Of a stretch of DNA of 64,000 bases, positions 59,801 through 64,000 are shown one piece after another; the stretch's first letter is position 1; every line of letters begins with the position of its first letter. The notes under the pieces were generated by a model. The model made no database searches and was not told where the DNA came from. It saw only the letters and a list, made by a program, of their open reading frames with translations. The stretch covers positions 640,001 to 704,000 of the forward strand of contig CAXXLX010000002.1 in assembly GCA_963665235.2 (NCBI GenBank), written 5' to 3'. The position numbers were made by a program, and so were the translations under genes. Source of the stretch: Candidatus Poribacteria bacterium. Its GTDB lineage: Bacteria > Poribacteria > WGA-4E > WGA-3G.

Positions 59801-62800
59801 CGATGGTGCCCGCCGTGCCCCTGCAAGCAATGCCAACTCCAAGGTTATTGCGTTTGACACCACCCAAGGCACGGTGAGTTTCAGTGAACCCGCAGGCACA
59901 CAGCGAGCGGACACCTTTAACGTTGGGATTACGTTCTCGAAGTCTGTCACCGGGTTTGAAGCGGGTGACATCACGCTCACGACAACACACACCAATGGTT
60001 CCGGCAATGCTACGTTCACGTTGAGTGGTTCAGGGACCTCCTATACCGCCACGGTGACTTCACCGACCGCAGCCCAAGGCACGGTGACACTCGCCGTCGG
60101 CAAGCATACCGCGAATGATGGGGCAAACAGTGTGCCTGCAACCACAGAGACATCACAAGCTATCGCCTTTGATACGACACTCCCGGCGGTCAGTTTCACT
60201 GAGCCGCAAGGTGTGCAGACAGGTGCATTTAATGTCGTTATCACCTTCTCCAAATCTGTCACAGGTTTTGAAGTAGGCGATCTGACATTGACAACAACTC
60301 GGACAAGTGGCACAGGCACTGCTGCTCTTAGCAGTTTAACAGGCTCCGGCACCAATTACGCCGCTTTGATCATACCGCCTGCAAATGCTGCGGGTAGTAT
60401 CGACCTCACTGTGAAAGCGGATGCGGCGACAGATGGCGTGCGCAACGGGCCGTCTCAAAATGCAAGTGTATCGGTAAGTTTTGATACACAAGTGAACACG
60501 CCGCCTGTGAATTTGGATCCGATTAACGCGCCCCCGGCTACATTAGTTTTCAGTGAACCTTCGGGAACGCAACGCGCCGACACGTTTGATGTAGGGATTA
60601 CCTTCTCTAAATCGGTCACTGGGTTTGAGGCAAGTGACATCACAGTGGTGAGCACCTCTGGCACTGCCTCGTTAGTCCTTAGCGGTTCGGGTACGTCTTG
60701 GACAGCTACGATTACATCGCCAACCGATGCAGCCGGGAGTGTCACGCTTGAAGTTGCTGCCGATGCTGCCAACGATGGTGTGCAGGATGTGCCGACTACC
60801 GCGCAAACATCCGCAAGTGTCGCTTTTGATACGACAGTGCCGTCCGTCAGTTTTACTGCCCCACAAGGTGTGCAGTCGAGTGCGTTTGATGTGGGTATCA
60901 CCTTCTCGAAGTCTGTCACCGGGTTTGAAGTAGGCGATCTGACATTGACAACAACTCGGACGCATGGCATAGGTGATGCGACTATTGCTTTGGCGGGCAG
61001 CGGTGCCGATTACACGGCTACCATCACGCTCCCTGTTGATGCTGCTGGCGGAATCTCCCTCACCGTGAAAGCGGATGCAGCGTCGGATGGCGTGCGGAAC
61101 GGGCCGTCTGAAAATGCGAGTGTATCGGTATCTTTTGATACACAAGTTAGCACGCCGCCTGTGGATACGCCTCCGGCTAACACGCCGCCTGTGGATACGC
61201 CTCCGGCTAACACGCCACCTGTGAATACGGATCCGACTAACACGCCGCCTCTGAATACGAACCCGACGACGCTAGTTTTCAGCGAACCTTCGGGAACGCA
61301 ACTTAACAACACGTTTGATGTCGGTATCACCTTCTCCAAACCTGTCACGGGGTTTGAAACGGATGATATTACCCTTATCACAACGCGTGCCGATACCAGC
61401 GGCGGCACCGTCTCATCGGTATTGACAGGTGAAGGTGCAAACTATACAACCACAATCACCGTGCCCGCCGAGGCCAAAGGCACGTTACAGGTTCAAGTCC
61501 GTGCTGATGCTGCAAACGATGGTGTGTATGATATGCCGACTGCCGTTAGAACATCGGAAAGTATCGCTTTTGATACAACAGTACCGACGGTCCGCTTCAC
61601 AGTGCCGCAAGATGTGCAGACGGGTCCGTTTGATGTCGATATTACCTTCTCCAAACCTGTCAACAGGTTTGAATTGGGCGATATGACATTGACGACAACT
61701 CGGATGTATGGCATAGACGATGCGACATTCACTTTGACAGGCAGCGGCACGGACTACACGGTTACCATCACGCCCCCTGTTGATACTGCTGGCGAAATCG
61801 TCCTCACTGTGAAGGTGAATGCGGGGACAGACGGTGTCCGAAATGGGCCTGCTGCAGATGTGAGTATAACGATTGATTTTGAAACCGAGTCGCAACTGGT
61901 TGACACAGGGTCTACAGAGGAGTATGGCTCCGATTTCGGCAAAGTCATCTTCAACGAGATATACAACGGGACGGAGGATAAAAATGACTGGATAGAACTG
62001 AAGAACGTAGGACAGCGGAGCGTTAATCTTGGAGATTGGGAAATCGGCATCGTAACAGGCAACGGCAAGACCCTGGAGGAGAAAAAGATTATCACACTGC
62101 CAAGCTACGAGCTGCTGCCGAACCATATCCTTTTGATTCTCAACAGTGCGACGGAGAAAACCGCAATCGCAGCGGGTATTGACATCTACACCGGCCGGTG
62201 GGATGATGCCGTCCTGGAAAGTTGGAACGTCTCCCGGTATCTGGTCACCAAAAAGTTGAAACTTCCGCTTCCGGTCGAGGAGAAATACCTTCTCACTTTG
62301 CGTGAGAAGAAGGATAGGATTGGCACCTCCGAAGCGATTGTTGATGTTGCCAGCACCTATTGGCCGAACAATCTAGACCACGAAACGTTGCTGTGGCCCC
62401 TGTATATCCAGAAACCGACAGGGATACGACCGGTCTTTGCATTGGATGCAGCGTGGCGGCGGACCGATAAGAAAATACCCGGCACGACCGCAACGAAGAA
62501 GTTGCCCGGCTATCTCGCAGCGGCGTGGACAGCCAGCGGATACCAAGAGGGACGCGGCTACGATAAGGATGCCCCGAAGGCAACCAGCCTCGGCACCCCC
62601 GGACATCTCAACGATTATCCGGTAGCCACAAATCTGCCCAGTGGGCCGGTTTCTATCAGTGAGCTAATGTTCGCCACGCGAGACTTCGGTCGTGCCGCCC
62701 CGCAGTGGATAGAGTTTTACAATACCTCTAACAAAACTGTTGACCTGAGAGGGTGGCAGTTTAACTTAGAAGTGAAACCTGAACCGAACACGTTGCGAAA

Positions 62801-63638
62801 TACAACGTGGGGTTTCACCTTTGAAGGGGTTCATATTGGCCCCAAACAAACGCTGTTAATCGTAACGCAGCGAGGCTCCAACTCTGGGCATTTCCCAGAG
62901 CACAAAGTTTACGATGTGTCAGTGCAGCACGCAGACATGCCCGGCGTAAGTGAACTACTTGACGTAAACCGATATTCGTTGTTAAGTAGTGCCGGGTTTA
63001 GTCTGATGCTGTCCGATGCCAACGGTAAAATGGTTGATAAAATTGGCAACCTTGATGGTGATTCCAAGACGATGGACAAACCCGCCTGGAAACTGCCCGC
63101 TGGCAGAACGTTAGAGGGGTATCGGAACTCATTAATCCGTAAGTATGAAAATGGCGAACCGCTTCCGGGCACAGAACAGTCAAGTTGGCAGGTGGCGAAA
63201 GATCTGAAACTCAGTTTTAGAACTTACTGGGGACATAGCACAGATATCGGTAATCCGGGCTATCGTCAGGGGGGTTATTTACCTGTATCGTTGTCGCATT
63301 TCGATGCGCTGTTCACAGGGACAGAAGTTGTGCTGAAGTGGACGACCGAGTCCGAGTTAGACAATGCGGGTTTCAATATCTATCGGAGTGAAACGCGGAC
63401 CGGTGCGTTCAAACAGATTAACGCTGAGCTAATTCGAGGTGCGGGTACGACAGGCGAGCGTCAGCAGTATGAATGGAAAGACACAACGGCGAAGCCGAAT
63501 GTTTCGTACTACTATCGTATAGAGGATGTATCGTTTAGCGGTGTGCGTGAACAGCTGCAGACGGTTCGGATGCGTGGACATGTATCCGCCTCTGGTAAAG
63601 AGCTACGGACTTGGGCTTCTATAAAATCGGATAGATAG
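53847..63638 (+). CDS. giant exported protein: about 24 Thr/Ser-rich Ig-like repeats, two lamin-tail-like domains, LPVSL domain and GKELRTWASIK tail
   Basis: Signal peptide ending AHA-Q; ~105-aa repeats (FSKSVTGF...FDT); VIFNEI..DWIELKN and VSISEL..QWIEFYN; AAGGAGG RBS. Confidence 0.9.
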   Translation: MKMLSQIISRKNFSNTLTRNLFTGALMLLLLTAGMVLITPQDAHAQSVTVNFSEPTGTQTTKTFKVGVTLNLVASAGPGGNGTFTTGDVSVTTTRTQGSGDATVVAVTGSGKIYDVEIKPPGNAKGSITFTVKQNSISATHTSLGWVHGPSSAKTTNSISFDTTNLLTVDFTEPTGVQTSSTFTVPIAFSHTVTGFTASDITVATTRTSGSGDATVSLSGSGSSYTATVTPPTNAIGGVTLTVKKDSVTFNTNLNGPSTAETSKSIGFDTMPPPTVSFTEPAGTQAGTTFTVPITISKSVTGFAASDITVTTTRTSGTGNATVALSGSGTSYTATVTSPTAAKGTITLEVAKDAVTDGSNRTGPTSAATSSAISFDTTVPTVSFSLPTTTQTGATFGGSITFSKSVTGFDQNDLTITTTHTSGTGDATFTLSGSGKTYTVTVTLPSAAKGTVTLEVAKDAVTDGTRTGPSSKATSSAVNFDTTAPTVAFTEPADTQAGTTFDVPITFSKSVTGFSTADITITTTRTSGTGNATFTLSGSGEDYTATVTSPTAAKGTITLEIRKNAAIGAGKRSGPVNKVTSDAISFDTTVPTVTYTEPAGTQAAATFDVPITISKSVTGFAASDITVTTTRTSGTGDATVALSGSGTSYTATVTSPTAAKGTITLEVAADSVTDGTRTGPASKATSSAINFDTTVPTVSFTEPAGTQIADTFDVPITISKSVTGFAASDITVTSSTGTASVSLSGSGTSYTATVTSPTAAKGTVTLEVAADSVTDGTRTGPASKATSSAINFDTTVATVSFTEPAGTQIADTFDVPITISKSVTGLAASDITITTTRTSGTGDATVSLSGSGSSYTATVTSPTAAKGTITLEVAKNAVTDGTRTGPASKATSSAISFDTSTITVDFTEPTGTQIAPLGTFRVPITFSKNVTASDPKSDTGSFKTTNFSVTTTLTSGTGSASVQSVIGNPGGTGYDIDISLPSAAKGTVTLTVNANVATDGTRKGPASDTTSDAMSFDTTVPTADFTEPAGTQYGNTFNVPITFSKVVSGFAASDITVTTTRTSGTGDATVALSGSDSSYTAAVTLPTTAKGTVTLTIAKNSVTDGKIQKDYGVRKGPASDTTSDAISFDTTVPTVTYTEPAGTQYANTFTVPITFSKSVTGFTTVPNLTGNADLTVKTTRTSGTGNATVSLSGSGASYTATITSPTAAKGTITLEIAADSVTDGTRTGPASKATSSAISFDTTVTTVSFNEPAGTQYGNTFDVPITFSKSVTGFTASDLTLTSSTGTASVSLSGSGTSYTATVTSPTAAKGTITLEVAKDAVTDGTRTGPASKATSSAISFDTTVATVSFTEPAGTQVSDTFDVPITFSKSVTGFAASDITVTSSTGTASVSLSGSGTSYTATVTSPTAAKGTITLEVAADSVTDGTRTGPASKATSSAISFDTTVATVSFNEPNGVQTSNNFDVGIDFSKSVTGFTASDITLVTTLTSGSGTPSVSLSGSGSAYTATITSLTTAKGTIVLEVAKDAVTDGTRTAPASKAVSAAIAFDTTVPTVTFSEPKGTQTADTFTVGINFSKSVTGFEAGDLTLTTTKTGTPPTVDATRESGDLTLTTPPPQGFGDASFTLSGSGSSYTATVTSPTEAKGTVKFEIAKDAATDGTKQVPKNRQTSKNIAFDTTTPQVTYDEPQGVQIADTFDVGILFSKSVTGFEAGDIRLTTTHKVGTSGTGNASLTLKGSGESWIARITPPKASKGTVRLTIGAYTVTDGTRTGPNSELIGSAIAFDTTVATVSFSEPTGVQTVGVFDVPITFSKSVTGFNTVQDSLNNRTGVVADLTVTIVSENGSGGATVKLRGSGSAYVAAIIPPTAAKGTITLQVVRGAATDGTRPAPASKTTSKAIAFDTTVATVSFNEPTGTQYGSTFNVGITFSKGVTGFEASDITVKSSSGTASLTLSGSGTDYTARVTSPTNAKGTLTLQIAANSVTDVTDGARRAPASNANSKVIAFDTTQGTVSFSEPAGTQRADTFNVGITFSKSVTGFEAGDITLTTTHTNGSGNATFTLSGSGTSYTATVTSPTAAQGTVTLAVGKHTANDGANSVPATTETSQAIAFDTTLPAVSFTEPQGVQTGAFNVVITFSKSVTGFEVGDLTLTTTRTSGTGTAALSSLTGSGTNYAALIIPPANAAGSIDLTVKADAATDGVRNGPSQNASVSVSFDTQVNTPPVNLDPINAPPATLVFSEPSGTQRADTFDVGITFSKSVTGFEASDITVVSTSGTASLVLSGSGTSWTATITSPTDAAGSVTLEVAADAANDGVQDVPTTAQTSASVAFDTTVPSVSFTAPQGVQSSAFDVGITFSKSVTGFEVGDLTLTTTRTHGIGDATIALAGSGADYTATITLPVDAAGGISLTVKADAASDGVRNGPSENASVSVSFDTQVSTPPVDTPPANTPPVDTPPANTPPVNTDPTNTPPLNTNPTTLVFSEPSGTQLNNTFDVGITFSKPVTGFETDDITLITTRADTSGGTVSSVLTGEGANYTTTITVPAEAKGTLQVQVRADAANDGVYDMPTAVRTSESIAFDTTVPTVRFTVPQDVQTGPFDVDITFSKPVNRFELGDMTLTTTRMYGIDDATFTLTGSGTDYTVTITPPVDTAGEIVLTVKVNAGTDGVRNGPAADVSITIDFETESQLVDTGSTEEYGSDFGKVIFNEIYNGTEDKNDWIELKNVGQRSVNLGDWEIGIVTGNGKTLEEKKIITLPSYELLPNHILLILNSATEKTAIAAGIDIYTGRWDDAVLESWNVSRYLVTKKLKLPLPVEEKYLLTLREKKDRIGTSEAIVDVASTYWPNNLDHETLLWPLYIQKPTGIRPVFALDAAWRRTDKKIPGTTATKKLPGYLAAAWTASGYQEGRGYDKDAPKATSLGTPGHLNDYPVATNLPSGPVSISELMFATRDFGRAAPQWIEFYNTSNKTVDLRGWQFNLEVKPEPNTLRNTTWGFTFEGVHIGPKQTLLIVTQRGSNSGHFPEHKVYDVSVQHADMPGVSELLDVNRYSLLSSAGFSLMLSDANGKMVDKIGNLDGDSKTMDKPAWKLPAGRTLEGYRNSLIRKYENGEPLPGTEQSSWQVAKDLKLSFRTYWGHSTDIGNPGYRQGGYLPVSLSHFDALFTGTEVVLKWTTESELDNAGFNIYRSETRTGAFKQINAELIRGAGTTGERQQYEWKDTTAKPNVSYYYRIEDVSFSGVREQLQTVRMRGHVSASGKELRTWASIKSDR
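61151..61270 (+). repeat. intragenic 30-bp tandem repeat x4 (TPPVDTPPAN linker)
   Basis: cacgccgcctgtggatacgcctccggctaa, degenerating toward the 3' end. Confidence 0.85.
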
Positions 63639-63648
63639 GATAAATTAA

Positions 63649-63762
63649 CAGGACTTACGCAAATTTAGCAGGAAACTCGTAGGGGCGGGGTCTCCCCGCC
63701 CGCTAGGTCTGCCTCTAAATCCCACTATCATAAGGGTTTATCAACGCGCTGCGTCCGTCCTG
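63649..63762. mobile_element. MITE family C copy 3
   Basis: CAGGACTTACGCA...TGCGTCCGTCCTG; ATTAA duplicated. Confidence 0.82.
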
Positions 63763-63772
63763 ATTAAGTTAC

Positions 63773-63901
63773 GTAGGTCGAGTCAAGCGCAAGCAAAACC
63801 CGGCCTACAATAAAGTTTACCTGGATATTTCGGTAATCGACAGGCGATGAATCGTCCTACTACGAACATGCATGTTTGTAGTAAGGCAACCATTCATTGC
63901 C
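63773..63901. repeat. cluster of GTAG-REP-like palindromes
   Basis: gtaggtcgag...cccggcctac; ggcgatgaatcgtcctactac / gtagtaaggcaa. Confidence 0.5.
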
Positions 63902-64000
63902 TGTCGTGCGTTAAGGATTAGGTGTCTGTGGTGTCAGGCGGTTCAGGAAACGGTTCGGTGAATGGTTGATTTCGTGCCTCAGCATCAAGTCGTCTGTTAT

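Noticed and set aside
54185-63183. Series of similar antisense ORFs inside the giant gene
   Set aside because: Shadows of the repetitive Thr/Ser/Val-rich sense frame

Overview
Bacterial chromosomal window, most likely Candidatus Poribacteria (inferred from exported proteins ending in a V-x(3)-GK-x(3)-TW/RW-A-x-IK tail plus PhyH, FG-GAP and TPR genes). It contains a sigma70 gene with a tandem sigma2-only copy, a 10-gene type II secretion operon (gspE-F-G-H-I-J-K, PilM-PilN fusion, GspM-like, secretin with six N domains), housekeeping genes (yebC-ruvCAB-queA-yajC, maf, moaB, ECF transporter), several defence-like singletons, and a 3263-aa Ig-repeat protein behind a sigma54 promoter. The strongest hidden signal is a secreted two-domain peroxiredoxin that the ORF track splits into pieces: it is one 342-aa frame (43382-44410, minus strand) with two in-frame UGA codons at the peroxidatic-Cys positions, each followed by an equally spaced SECIS-like hairpin. 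Other highlights are a candidate C-terminal sorting signal that may pair with the atypical T2SS, several MITE families carrying GTAG-REP hairpins, a Cas2/VapD-like + 2TM cassette, and an Rpn gene with an internal antitoxin start. I found no rRNA, tRNA or CRISPR array. All family assignments come from motif recognition by eye, not from database searches.
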